Shown here in pieces: positions 1 through 9,142 of a DNA stretch of 58,458 nucleotides; positions within the stretch are counted from its first letter, which is position 1; each line of letters begins with the position of its first letter. Origin of the DNA: an uncultured Methanospirillum sp. (GTDB taxonomy: Archaea > Halobacteriota > Methanomicrobia > Methanomicrobiales > Methanospirillaceae); assembly GCA_964637135.1 (NCBI GenBank), contig CAZWTX010000014.1, positions 1-58,458 on the forward strand. The letters run 5' to 3'. A program made the position numbers and the translations under genes. A model generated the notes under the pieces. It was not told the origin of the DNA. It saw nothing but the letters and a program-made list of their open reading frames with translations, and did not search any database.

Positions 1-646
1 CAAGGACCTCTGATCCCTCGATGAAGACAAGACCGTGTTTCTTTGCATACCGGCCGGCATCATCCTTCGAGAGGGCATTACCGGTCTCGTCATCCAGCAT
101 CTCACAGATCGTGATCACCGGGGGGATCCCGGCAAGTTCTGCCATCGCCACCGAGAGTTCGGTCTGTCCATGCCGCTGGGTGAGCAGTTGCTCAGCTGCG
201 ATCAGGACCGGCATATGGCCGGGTGTTCTGAAATGGTCTTTGAACGTGAAGGCTCCCCCGGAAAGAACGGTACTGACTGCTTCAGCAATCCCGGTGACCG
301 TCAGTGCCCGGTCGCGGTCGGTGATTCCGGTAAAGGTATCACGGTGATTGACCCAGAGCGAAAACGAAGAGTTGTTCGCGGGATCATACGGGATATCCCC
401 GATCTTCTCGACCATGGCACAGTGCCTGAGCACGTCGCGGGCAAACGGAAGCCCGAGTGTCTGTGCAGCGGTATAGGGGATGGCCGTACAGATGAGCCCG
501 CCGGCATCGTGCCGCATCCGGCAGATGTCCCGGTGGGTGATCATGTCTGACCGGATAGCGATGTCGGTCTCCCGTTCCCGGTTGTCAAAGTCATAGAGCA
601 GGACCATTTCGCCCCGTTTTAATGCTGCAAGTGCTTCCTGTATCAT
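1..646 (-). CDS. ribB: 3,4-dihydroxy-2-butanone 4-phosphate synthase, archaeal type (3' end runs off the window; absent from the ORF track)
   Basis: Manual minus-strand translation from ATG 646: MIQEALAALKRGEMVLLYDFDNRERETD...DAGGLICTA...SSFSLWVNHRDTFTGITDRDRALT...FRTPGH...RHGQTELSV...ICEMLDD, all RibB motifs. ATGA overlap with the ribK stop. Confidence 0.93.
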   Translation of the reverse strand, partial: MIQEALAALKRGEMVLLYDFDNRERETDIAIRSDMITHRDICRMRHDAGGLICTAIPYTAAQTLGLPFARDVLRHCAMVEKIGDIPYDPANNSSFSLWVNHRDTFTGITDRDRALTVTGIAEAVSTVLSGGAFTFKDHFRTPGHMPVLIAAEQLLTQRHGQTELSVAMAELAGIPPVITICEMLDDETGNALSKDDAGRYAKKHGLVFIEGSEVL

Positions 647-1308
647 ACCGTTATCTCCACACTGATTTCGTCGCCATCGGCAAGGGAAAACGCCTTGCGA
701 AGCCCCACCGGTGCAATTACCTCGATCATCTCGTCAGGGTAATGGGATCTTCCGGGAACCACGATCCCGCAGGGGACATCCCGGATCATGCAGGGGAGGA
801 CTTTTACCTCACCAAACGTCCGCCCCTCTGACTGAAACCCGTTCACCCGTTGCCAGCCGGCCAGGCCGAGCCGCTTTCTCCGTTGCACTGCCCCTGAAGA
901 GAGCCTGATATTGAGCGTTCCCGGAAATGGCCTGAACCCGAGGATGGTTACAAACTGATCGGCATACGGCTGGAGGCTCATGTAATACGCCCCTTCGCCG
1001 AGACCGGATTCTATCACCCCGGGCAGGGTTACCATCCGGTTCTGGCCGCCGAAGAGTTTGTAATAGTCACAGTATTCCTGGCGGAGAAGAGATTCGCCCT
1101 CTGCGCTGATTGTCACCTGTTGTCCCTCAGCCTGGATCAGCCGCGTGATGAGTGATTGTGACTCAAGTGCCTTGAGTCGCCGCGAGGCTGTCTGCGGGCT
1201 GATCCCCAGTTCTGACCCGAGACTTTGTGAGTTGAGAAAGACCGGCCCGTTGAGACCGCCCTGGAGGGCAATCATCTTGAGGCATTCCAGGTCCTCGGGT
1301 GCAACCAT
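643..1308 (-). CDS. ribK: CTP-dependent riboflavin kinase with N-terminal winged HTH (RbkR-type bifunctional regulator)
   Basis: wHTH LGISPQTASRRLKALE followed by SGLGEGAYY, PFPGTLN and EVIAPVGLR motifs. Start moved to ATG 1308 (MVAPED), about 25 nt below a TTATA box. Adjacent to ribB. Confidence 0.93.
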   Translation of the reverse strand: MVAPEDLECLKMIALQGGLNGPVFLNSQSLGSELGISPQTASRRLKALESQSLITRLIQAEGQQVTISAEGESLLRQEYCDYYKLFGGQNRMVTLPGVIESGLGEGAYYMSLQPYADQFVTILGFRPFPGTLNIRLSSGAVQRRKRLGLAGWQRVNGFQSEGRTFGEVKVLPCMIRDVPCGIVVPGRSHYPDEMIEVIAPVGLRKAFSLADGDEISVEITV

Positions 1309-1309
1309 T

Positions 1310-1325
1310 ATCTCATATGTGGGAT
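1310..1325. promoter_or_regulatory. Candidate RbkR operator (imperfect palindrome ATCTCATA/TGTGGGAT)
   Basis: 6 of 8 pairs match. Lies between the minus-strand TTATA (about 1332-1336) and the ribK ATG, a repressor position. Confidence 0.45.
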
Positions 1326-1415
1326 GAATACTATAAGTGGATTGCCCCTGGCCGGTCCGGGTGTTCGTCATCACGGATCATCATCAAAAAAGGGATCCGG
1401 ATCAAATCATCTGGT

Positions 1416-2138
1416 ATGAATGTTCCAGGCATGTGGATTGGCATGGCTACCCTCCTGATGATCCTGCTCTCGCTCTCCCCCGCGACTGCAGAGCAGGATA
1501 CCCTTTACCAGGTCTCGACGTATGATCTGCTTGAATCCGGTGATTATGATGGAACTATCACCGTGGAAGAGTTGATGCGGAACGGAACCGTTGGTGTCGG
1601 TACCTTTGACAACCTTGACGGTGAACTGACCATGTTTGACGGGGTAGTGTATCAGATCACCGCTGACGGGATGGTGAGTGAGGTACCCGGGAACGAAACC
1701 ATACCATTTGCGAACGCGGTCTTCTTTGAACCCTCAGATACGTTCACCCTCCGGAACGTGAATGGGTCAGCACTCGAAGAGATGATCCTATCCCGGCTCC
1801 CTGATACGAATGTAACCTATGCAATCAGGATAGACGGAATCTTTTCTGAGGTCACCGCCCGGAGCGTTCCAGAACAGACTGAACCATATCCGGCACTCCC
1901 TGAGGTTATCGAACATCAGTCGGTATTCAATCTGACCAATACGTCCGGTACAGTAATCGGGTTCTGGTTCCCTGACCGGATGCAGGGGATAAATTATGCC
2001 GGGTATCACTTCCATTACCTGAATGATGCCCGGAATGCAGGCGGACATGTTCTTGATCTCGTCCTTGAAAACGGCACGGTAAGCATTGATCCCATCGGAT
2101 CCTTCGCTCTCATATCGCGTGCCGGAGAGGAATCCTGA
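1416..2138 (+). CDS. budA: Alpha-acetolactate decarboxylase family protein with signal peptide
   Basis: TLYQVST, GVGTFDNLDGEL, VTARSV and AGYHFHYL...GGHVLD (three Zn-ligand His). Hydrophobic N-terminus ends in ATA|EQ. Confidence 0.88.
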   Translation: MNVPGMWIGMATLLMILLSLSPATAEQDTLYQVSTYDLLESGDYDGTITVEELMRNGTVGVGTFDNLDGELTMFDGVVYQITADGMVSEVPGNETIPFANAVFFEPSDTFTLRNVNGSALEEMILSRLPDTNVTYAIRIDGIFSEVTARSVPEQTEPYPALPEVIEHQSVFNLTNTSGTVIGFWFPDRMQGINYAGYHFHYLNDARNAGGHVLDLVLENGTVSIDPIGSFALISRAGEES

Positions 2139-2151
2139 AAAAATGGGGTAA

Positions 2152-2622
2152 TCAGGAGATCGGGATCTCTCCCCCGGCCCTGGTCTCGCTTTTATTAAAC
2201 GTAATAGAGAGAACACCGTTCTCAAAAACAGCTTTTGCCCCGTCTTCGGTCACATCGGCTGGAAGGGGGACGCTCCTGTTGACCGAACCGAAGAACCGTT
2301 CCCTGATAAAGTAGTCCTTTCCTTCATCTTCCGTATCTTCCGTCCGCTCACAGGATATCTGAAGAAGGTTCGGACGAATGAGCCGGATTTTCACGTCCTC
2401 TTTCATACAACCGGGGAGGTCGGCTGTGGCGATGATCTCTTTCTCCTTCTCCTGTACATCGATGGTGAACCCGCCGCCAGGTACCGGGTATCGTTCGCGG
2501 TTACGCTGTGAATATGCCGGGAATGACGGGAGAAGAGACTGGAAGCGGTTTTCCATCTCGGCAAAGAGGTTGTCAAACTCGTTTCGAAAAATATCCCCTG
2601 GTTCGCGTCGTATGATGGCCAT
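2152..2622 (-). CDS. Small heat shock protein (Hsp20/alpha-crystallin)
   Basis: IDVQE..ADLPG..KEDV, RERFFGSVNRSVPLP and AVFENGVLSI motifs. Confidence 0.93.
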   Translation of the reverse strand: MAIIRREPGDIFRNEFDNLFAEMENRFQSLLPSFPAYSQRNRERYPVPGGGFTIDVQEKEKEIIATADLPGCMKEDVKIRLIRPNLLQISCERTEDTEDEGKDYFIRERFFGSVNRSVPLPADVTEDGAKAVFENGVLSITFNKSETRAGGEIPIS

Positions 2623-2761
2623 GGTATCACCTCATACTGTCTGCATCGCAGACAAATTTCTCTCTGGATGGTTGAGATAAAAAAATTTACGGCGACATCC
2701 TCTCCCGTCTTCTTGTATAACAAGTGACAGGTTTATCATCCTCCCCGTGTGATCTTGAAAA

Positions 2762-3091
2762 ATGAAGCGGGACCAGGCAGTATGTGGTACCGAGTGTGCG
2801 GTATGCGAGCACTATGAACATGACTGTCCGGGCTGTACCGAATGTCACGGAGCAGTGTTCTGGACCGAGTATGTGGATATCGAGGTCTGCCCGGTCTATC
2901 AGTGCTGTACAGAGGAACGCCATCTCCCGCATTGCGGGCATTGTCCGGAACTTATGTGCGAAAAGTATCGCCGGTTCCGGGATCCCGATATGACGGAGGA
3001 AGAGGCTGAAGCGGGACTGGTACGGCAGAAAGCTAAATTACTCCGTCTTCGGGCTGAAGAAGAGCAGGAGGGTGATATCAGTGACCGGTGA
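2762..3091 (+). CDS. Cys-rich putative metal-binding protein (DUF3795-like)
   Basis: CGxxCxxC...CPGC...CPVYQCC...HCGHCPELMC pattern. Confidence 0.75.
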   Translation: MKRDQAVCGTECAVCEHYEHDCPGCTECHGAVFWTEYVDIEVCPVYQCCTEERHLPHCGHCPELMCEKYRRFRDPDMTEEEAEAGLVRQKAKLLRLRAEEEQEGDISDR

Positions 3092-3110
3092 TGCCGGACA
3101 TTACGCCGTT

Positions 3111-3139
3111 TGTCGAAGTCATCTTCGTTAATTATATAA
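3111..3139 (+). promoter_or_regulatory. Operator-like palindrome plus TATA box (TGTCGAA-N8-CGTTAATTATATAA), copy 1
   Basis: CGAAG-TCAT-CTTCG inverted repeat next to TTATATAA, about 20 nt before ATG 3159. The same element recurs at 6699-6727. Confidence 0.7.
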
Positions 3140-3158
3140 CTCCCCGTTCCCCTATTGT

Positions 3159-3875
3159 ATGTGCATGGAATCGGGACTTCGCCATCGGCTTGCTGAGAAG
3201 ATGGCGGGGGAGATTACCCTTTCTGATTCTCCGGGGAAGACCCTGAAGAAATGGCGAATGAGTTTTGACATTTCTCAGGGTCACCTGTCCGAGTTTCTCG
3301 GGGTCTCACCCTCCGTAATCAGCGATTACGAGAGCGGGAGGAGGAAAAGCCCGGGAACTGCAATCATCGGCAGAATCGTAGACAGTATCCTTGCCATTGA
3401 TGAAGGCCGGGGAGGCAGGTACATCCAGAAGTATGCCTCCCTGCTCTTCCAGGACATGGGAGATGGTGTCATCTACGACCTTCACGACTACTCTCGTCCG
3501 GTCACCCTGGATGCCATTGCCTCGATCATCGAGGCAGAGGTCATCAGTGGCGGACTTGGACAGAGTGTCTACGGGCATACCGTGATTGACAGTATCCGGG
3601 CGATTATGAACCTCTCGGCCAACGAGTTCAACCGGATCTACGGGTGGAGCACCGAACGGGCGCTCATCTTCACCGGCGTATCAAATGGAAAGTCACCGAT
3701 GGTGGCAATCCGGGTCACTCCCTTCAAACCCCGGTGTGTCATACTCCAGGGAATCTCTACCGGTGATATTCACCCGATCGTGCCAAAACTGGCCGAAAAG
3801 GACAATATCACCCTGATGTGCACCAAAAAGGGCATAGAGGAGATCGTGGAGAATCTGAGGGACGAAAAATGGTAG
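3159..3875 (+). CDS. XRE-type HTH transcriptional regulator (COG1709-like), first gene of the HMGS-thiolase operon
   Basis: [36 protein letters not shown] (HTH) and [26 protein letters not shown]. Overlaps the HMGS start. Confidence 0.85.
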   Translation: MCMESGLRHRLAEKMAGEITLSDSPGKTLKKWRMSFDISQGHLSEFLGVSPSVISDYESGRRKSPGTAIIGRIVDSILAIDEGRGGRYIQKYASLLFQDMGDGVIYDLHDYSRPVTLDAIASIIEAEVISGGLGQSVYGHTVIDSIRAIMNLSANEFNRIYGWSTERALIFTGVSNGKSPMVAIRVTPFKPRCVILQGISTGDIHPIVPKLAEKDNITLMCTKKGIEEIVENLRDEKW

Positions 3876-4921
3876 GAATCATATCATACGGTGCATACAT
3901 CCCGCGTTACCGTATCAAGGTTGAGGAGATCGCCCGGGTATGGGGCGCCAATGGTGCAGAGATCTCAAAAGGGCTTGGTGTTTTTGAAAAATCCCTTCCG
4001 GACATGGACGAAGACACGATCACCATCTCCGTGGAGGCTGCCCGGGCCGCTATGGCCCGCAGGACGATAAATCCTGCTGAAATTGGTGCCGTCTATGTTG
4101 GTTCCGAGTCCCATCCCTATGCGGTGAAACCAACCGCTGTTACTGTCGGGGAAGCGATCGGGGCAACCCCGATCATGACTGCGGCAGACTATGAATTCGC
4201 CTGCAAGGCCGGAACAGCGGCAATCCAGACCTCTATGGGTCTTGTTGCATCTGGGATGGTGAAGTACTCGGTTGCGGTCGGGGCAGACATCGCCCAGGGT
4301 GAACCGGGTGATGCCCTTGAATACACCGCGGCAGCAGGGGGAGCAGCCTTTGTGATCGGCATGGACAACCCGATTGCGGAGATAAACCACACCTGTTCAT
4401 TTACCTCTGATACACCTGACTTCTGGCGGAGGGAGCATAAGCCCTATCCCCGTCATGGTGGCAGGTTCACCGGTGAACCAGCGTACTTCAAGCATGTTAT
4501 CGGAGCGTCAAAGCTCATGCTTGAGCACATGGGCACAAAGCCCTCTGACTACGATTATGCCATCTTCCACCAGCCGAACGGGAAGTTCCCGGTCCAGGCT
4601 GCCGGAATGCTTGGCTTCTCGATGGACCAGATCAAGCCCGGTCTTGCTGTTACCTACCTCGGGAACACATACTCAGGAGCCTCGATGGTCGGTCTCTCCG
4701 CGGTGCTTGATGTGGCAAAGCCAGGTGACCGGATCTTCATGACCTCGTATGGATCCGGTTCAGGCAGTGACTCCTTTGACATGACGGTCACCGACGTGAT
4801 CACGTCAGACATGTTCAACCGCCAGGCAGCCCCATCGGTTGCATCCCTGCTCGCAGATAAGAAACTCGTGGATTATGCAGTATATGCCAAGCACAAAGGC
4901 AAAGTGGTGATGATGGAATGA
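3869..4921 (+). CDS. hmgB: Hydroxymethylglutaryl-CoA synthase, archaeal type
   Basis: [36 protein letters not shown] (catalytic Cys), [15 protein letters not shown]. Confidence 0.95.
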   Translation: MVGIISYGAYIPRYRIKVEEIARVWGANGAEISKGLGVFEKSLPDMDEDTITISVEAARAAMARRTINPAEIGAVYVGSESHPYAVKPTAVTVGEAIGATPIMTAADYEFACKAGTAAIQTSMGLVASGMVKYSVAVGADIAQGEPGDALEYTAAAGGAAFVIGMDNPIAEINHTCSFTSDTPDFWRREHKPYPRHGGRFTGEPAYFKHVIGASKLMLEHMGTKPSDYDYAIFHQPNGKFPVQAAGMLGFSMDQIKPGLAVTYLGNTYSGASMVGLSAVLDVAKPGDRIFMTSYGSGSGSDSFDMTVTDVITSDMFNRQAAPSVASLLADKKLVDYAVYAKHKGKVVMME

Positions 4922-6084
4922 GGGAAGTAGCAGTAATCGGTGTTGGATGTACCAAATTCGGAGAGAAGTGGGACACCTCATTTCGTAACCTCTTTGTAGA
5001 GGCCGGTGCCCTTGCCCTTGAGGATGCCGATCTCTCCGGTGAGCATATCGATGAGATTTTCGTCGGAAACATGAGTGCAGGACGGTTCGTTGAACAGGAA
5101 CACATCGGTGCCCTGATCGCTGATTATGCCGGGCTTGCAACCGATAACATCGCAGCAACCCGTGTCGAGGCTGCCTGTGCCTCCGGTGGGCTTGCCTTCC
5201 GGCAGGCATACACGGCGGTTGCCTCCGGCATGTCTGAGATTGCGGTTGCTGCCGGTGTCGAGAAGATGACCGATGTCGGGACCGAAGTCACGACCGATGT
5301 TCTTGCTGCCGCTGCCGACCGGGAATGGGAAGGAATCGCCGGTGTCACGTTCCCCGGGCTGTATGCCATGATGGCAACGGATTACATGCATAAGTATGGT
5401 CTTACCCGGGAACAGCTCGCCCAGGTCGCGGTAAAGAACCATGACAACGGTGCGCTTAACCCGAACGCCCAGTTCCAGAAACCGATCACCCTTGAAACGG
5501 TGATGAAATCCACCCTGGTCGCTGATCCACTCAGGCTTTTTGACTGTTCTCCGGTGACTGACGGAGCTGCGGCGGTCATCCTCTGCCCGCTTGAGCGTGC
5601 CCGCGAGTTCACCGACACCCCGGTAAAGGTGCTCGGTGCCGGACAGGCATCCTCAACAATCGCTCTGCATGACCGGAAAGACATCAGTACGCTTGATGGT
5701 ACTGTTGCTGCGGGAAACCGTGCCTTCAAGATGGCTAAGGTCGAGCGAAAGGATATCGGGTTTGTCGAAGTCCATGACTGTTTCACTATTGCTGAACTCT
5801 GTGCCATCGAGGATCTCGGGTTCTGCAAAAAAGGTGAAGCCGGGAAGCTGACCGAGGACGGACACACCGCTCTCCACGGAAAACTGCCAATCAACCCGAG
5901 CGGCGGACTGAAAGCCTGTGGTCACCCGGTCGGGGCAACCGGGGTAAAGCAGGTCTACGAAGTCGTCAAACAGCTCCGCGGTGATGCCGGAGCGAAACGG
6001 CAGCTTGATGCCGAGATCGGAATGACCCACAACGTCGGAGGAACCGGCGCAACGGTAGTCTGTCACATCTTCGGGAGGGTATAA
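4918..6084 (+). CDS. Acetoacetyl-CoA thiolase, archaeal
   Basis: [53 protein letters not shown] overlap with HMGS. Confidence 0.95.
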   Translation: MREVAVIGVGCTKFGEKWDTSFRNLFVEAGALALEDADLSGEHIDEIFVGNMSAGRFVEQEHIGALIADYAGLATDNIAATRVEAACASGGLAFRQAYTAVASGMSEIAVAAGVEKMTDVGTEVTTDVLAAAADREWEGIAGVTFPGLYAMMATDYMHKYGLTREQLAQVAVKNHDNGALNPNAQFQKPITLETVMKSTLVADPLRLFDCSPVTDGAAAVILCPLERAREFTDTPVKVLGAGQASSTIALHDRKDISTLDGTVAAGNRAFKMAKVERKDIGFVEVHDCFTIAELCAIEDLGFCKKGEAGKLTEDGHTALHGKLPINPSGGLKACGHPVGATGVKQVYEVVKQLRGDAGAKRQLDAEIGMTHNVGGTGATVVCHIFGRV

Positions 6085-6086
6085 GC

Positions 6087-6476
6087 ATGTCAGTAGCACG
6101 ATTCTGGAGAAAACAGCAGAACCGGTATAACCTGCTTGGAACCCGCTGTGAAACCTGCGGGCGGCATTTCTATCCGCCCCGTCCGTTCTGCCCGGACTGT
6201 CGCCGGGATGGAAAAATCGTTGAGCACAAGTTCAAGGGAACCGGAACAGTGGTCACCTACTCCATCATCCGGAGTGCATCAGATCAGTTCAAGTTCCTGA
6301 CTCCCTACCCAATCGCAATCATTGAACTTGATGAAGGCACCCGCCTGACATCGCAGGTGATCTGCGACATCGACCAGATAAAGATCGGCATGCGGGTGAA
6401 ATCTGTCTTCAGGAAACTCGGGGAAGACGGATCAAGCGGTCCGATTTACTATGGAACAAAATTCGTTCCGGCATAA
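6087..6476 (+). CDS. DUF35 Zn-ribbon/OB-fold scaffold protein of the thiolase-HMGS complex
   Basis: CxxCG..FYPPRPFCPxC, OB-fold region and YGTKF end. Canonical position in the operon. Confidence 0.92.
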   Translation: MSVARFWRKQQNRYNLLGTRCETCGRHFYPPRPFCPDCRRDGKIVEHKFKGTGTVVTYSIIRSASDQFKFLTPYPIAIIELDEGTRLTSQVICDIDQIKIGMRVKSVFRKLGEDGSSGPIYYGTKFVPA

Positions 6477-6494
6477 TTCTTTTTCTTCTTTTTT
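6477..6494 (+). terminator. Oligo-T terminator of the HMGS-thiolase-DUF35 operon
   Basis: TTCTTTTTCTTCTTTTTT directly after the stop codon. Confidence 0.65.
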
Positions 6495-6698
6495 CCGATA
6501 ACCGGCTGTTTCAGAGGAATGACATCCTGTTCTGCTCCACCATTCGGTGTCTCCTGATCCCGTCCGGTGACACAGGATGAACGCAGGTATATCTGTTGGT
6601 TGATTGGAAAACGCATCTATTGGCTAAACTGATGTCCACCGGATCTGATTATTTTTGACGCATTGTTAACTGATATACCTATCAAACCCTACGTGCAA

Positions 6699-6727
6699 TG
6701 TCGAACCACACCACGTTAATTATATAA
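6699..6727 (+). promoter_or_regulatory. Operator-like element plus TATA box (TGTCGAA-N8-CGTTAATTATATAA), copy 2
   Basis: 7 + 14 nt identical to 3111-3139 with the same 8-nt spacer length. Confidence 0.65.
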
Positions 6728-6750
6728 TCTCCTGCTGCCTACTACTACTT

Positions 6751-6872
6751 ATCACACCGTCACCCTGGTGACAGGAGAACACCTCATGACAGGTGCAGAA
6801 GTGCGAAATACGCCTTCAAACTGAACATCCTCCACAATCCTCCACATTTCTCCGGGGCTATACCGCCCCGGA
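6751..6872 (+). ncRNA. Candidate structured leader or sRNA containing a 12-codon ORF (6786-6824, MTGAEVRNTPSN)
   Basis: Begins about 24 nt after the TATA box. Contains a GTCACC/GGTGAC inverted repeat, AGGAGA before the ATG, tandem ATCCTCCACA x2 (6827-6846) and the hairpin TCCGGGGC-N6-GCCCCGGA (6851-6872). Confidence 0.35.
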
Positions 6873-6947
6873 ACTCTCAGAATATGCTCTTCTCGTTTAC
6901 CCTGTTCCAGGGAAATGTTCATCCGACTGATATTCAGATATCTCCTC

Positions 6948-8156
6948 ATGGTCAGCAGGGATACCCCGGAGATAGGTGAACAGGCGGTTGCGTTACATGG
7001 CTCCCATCTGGGAAAACTGGAGATGCGATCGAAAGTTGCACTCCGTGACCGGCATGATCTCTCGCTTGCCTATACGCCGGGAGTGGCTGCGGTATGTCGT
7101 GTCATCGTTGCCGATCCGCAGGCTGTCTGGAAGTATACGCTCAAGGGAAATACCATCGCCATCGTCTCAGACGGGACCGCTGTTCTCGGACTGGGCAATA
7201 TCGGCCCTTCTGCCGGAATACCGGTCATGGAGGGTAAGGCAATCCTCTTCAAGGAATTTGCCGGCATCGATGCCTTTCCCCTCTGTCTGAACGGGGATCC
7301 CGATGCTCTCATCAGCCACATCAGGGCGATATCACCGGTCTTCGGGGGAATAAACCTTGAAGATATCGCGGCGCCCCGGTGCTTTGAGATCGAGGAAGAA
7401 CTCCAGGATCTCGGGATACCGGTTATGCATGATGACCAGCACGGGGCGGCGATTGCCGTTCTTGCCGGTCTGCTCAATGCCTGCCGGGTGACGGGAAAGG
7501 AATTTTCAGATCTCACGGTGGTTGTCAGCGGGGCCGGTGCTGCAGGGTATGCCATATGCCGGCTCCTCAAGTGTATCGGGTACAGTAACAGTTGTGTTCC
7601 CGTGAAGGAACTGATTGTCTGTGATACAAAGGGGATCATCTACAAGGGACGTCCCGGTCTCTACCAGAATATTTACAAGTTTCTCCTTGGTGATGAGACC
7701 AACCAGCAGGGAAGATCAGGGGATCTTACGTCAGCCTTCCGGGGTGCGGATGTCTTCATAGGGGTTTCGACCGGGGGGATCGTCACGGCTGAAATGATCC
7801 GGATGATGAATCCTGATCCGATCGTGTTTGCCCTCGCCAACCCGGTACCTGAGATCCATCCCGACGAGGCAACAGCCGGTGGAGCTGCGATCATCGGGAC
7901 CGGTCGCTCTGACTATCCAAACCAGGTAAATAACGTCCTCGTCTTCCCGGGGATATTCAGGGGAGCCCTTGACGCCAGGGCAACCCGGATCACCGACGAG
8001 ATGAAGATCGCGGCAGCCCATGCGATAGCCGGGTATATCCGGCACCCGACTCCTGATCAGATTCTTCCTGATCCGCTTGACCGGGGGGTTGCCAGGGTTG
8101 TCGCTTCTGCGGTTGCCGAAGCAGCCGTGCGGGACGGGGTCTGCCGGACCGTCTAA
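6948..8156 (+). CDS. NAD(P)-dependent malic enzyme (short, no PTA domain)
   Basis: LSLAYTPGVA, DGTAVLGLG, PVMEGKA, INLEDI, HDDQHG, GAGAAG, ALANP, GRSDYPNQVNNVL. Start set at ATG 6948. Confidence 0.93.
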   Translation: MVSRDTPEIGEQAVALHGSHLGKLEMRSKVALRDRHDLSLAYTPGVAAVCRVIVADPQAVWKYTLKGNTIAIVSDGTAVLGLGNIGPSAGIPVMEGKAILFKEFAGIDAFPLCLNGDPDALISHIRAISPVFGGINLEDIAAPRCFEIEEELQDLGIPVMHDDQHGAAIAVLAGLLNACRVTGKEFSDLTVVVSGAGAAGYAICRLLKCIGYSNSCVPVKELIVCDTKGIIYKGRPGLYQNIYKFLLGDETNQQGRSGDLTSAFRGADVFIGVSTGGIVTAEMIRMMNPDPIVFALANPVPEIHPDEATAGGAAIIGTGRSDYPNQVNNVLVFPGIFRGALDARATRITDEMKIAAAHAIAGYIRHPTPDQILPDPLDRGVARVVASAVAEAAVRDGVCRTV

Positions 8157-8207
8157 TGAACCCATCCAGAAGAAACCTTCTCAACCGGGCAGCCCAACGT
8201 TCCTGAA

Positions 8208-9032
8208 ATGACCGGACATGCCTATGTGCACGGGTATTCTTCTGACGAATCTGCACGCCTCCATGATCAGGCAACCACGCTCAGCACCCTTCTTCATCAT
8301 GACTCCCTCTTTCCCCCTGGTTCCCGGATTCTTGAACCGGGATGCGGGACCGGTGCGCAGACCGGTATCCTTGCCAGCCTGAATCCCACGTGTTTCTTTC
8401 ATTCAGTGGATATCTCGCCATCCTCGGTGAAAGAAGCCAGCCGGCGGATTTCCCGGGCCGGGCTCTCCAATGTCACCTTCAGCCAGGGGGATATACGGGT
8501 TCTCCGTCCTGAAGACGGGATGTACGATCATGCAGTCATCTGTTTTGTATTGGAACACCTGCTCGATCCTGCCGGGACGCTCCGGCATCTGAAAACCCTT
8601 ATCCGTCCGGGGGGGACGATAACGGTCATCGAAGGTGATCACGGGCTCGTTGCCCTCTCCCCGGAATGCCCTGCCGCGATGAAGGCGATCTCCTGTCAGA
8701 TCCATCTTCAGGCAGCCCATGGAGGCGATGCCTGCATCGGGCGGCGTCTCTACCCACTGCTGGCCTCAGCAGGGCTTGATGCCGTCCGGGTCTCCCCCCG
8801 GATGGTGTACGTGGATGCATCCCGTCCCGAACTCGTGGACGGATTTACCCGGAAGACCTTCACGGCGATGATAAAAGGAGTAAAGGATGATGCACTACGT
8901 GCCGGCCTGATAACTCCCGCTGAGTGGGAAGAAGGGATTGCCGGCCTGCTCAGAACCTGTGAACCGGATGGAACCTTCTGTTACCTCTTCTTCAAGGGTT
9001 GCGGAGTGGTCAGCTCCTCCAATGGTGGATGA
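8208..9032 (+). CDS. Class I SAM-dependent methyltransferase
   Basis: ILEPGCGTG (motif I), VDIS, YDHAVICFVLEHL, LIRPGG. Confidence 0.88.
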   Translation: MTGHAYVHGYSSDESARLHDQATTLSTLLHHDSLFPPGSRILEPGCGTGAQTGILASLNPTCFFHSVDISPSSVKEASRRISRAGLSNVTFSQGDIRVLRPEDGMYDHAVICFVLEHLLDPAGTLRHLKTLIRPGGTITVIEGDHGLVALSPECPAAMKAISCQIHLQAAHGGDACIGRRLYPLLASAGLDAVRVSPRMVYVDASRPELVDGFTRKTFTAMIKGVKDDALRAGLITPAEWEEGIAGLLRTCEPDGTFCYLFFKGCGVVSSSNGG

Positions 9033-9142
9033 TGCCAGGAAGGTCTCATATTTCAGGTTCTCATTCTAACTGGAAAGAGGAAACCGGCATTGCGCCGGTT
9101 CATTCAATTCAGAATATATGCCATGGTGAATAATATGACTCC

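Noticed and set aside
21..550. Plus-strand ORFs 21-347 and 35-550
   Set aside because: They are antisense to ribB, which the ORF track missed because its stop lies outside the window.
6752..6949. 65-aa minus-strand ORF in the DUF35-malic enzyme gap
   Set aside because: No family features, it overlaps the malic enzyme start, and the promoter and RBS signals point to the plus strand.
7428..7451. Malic enzyme HDDQHGAA instead of HDDQHGTA
   Set aside because: A single substitution with the metal ligands retained; not enough to infer altered function.
9082..9100. Hairpin AACCGGC-N5-GCCGGTT upstream of the 482-aa gene
   Set aside because: A 7-bp CCGG-containing stem with no T-tract; too likely to arise by chance in this sequence.
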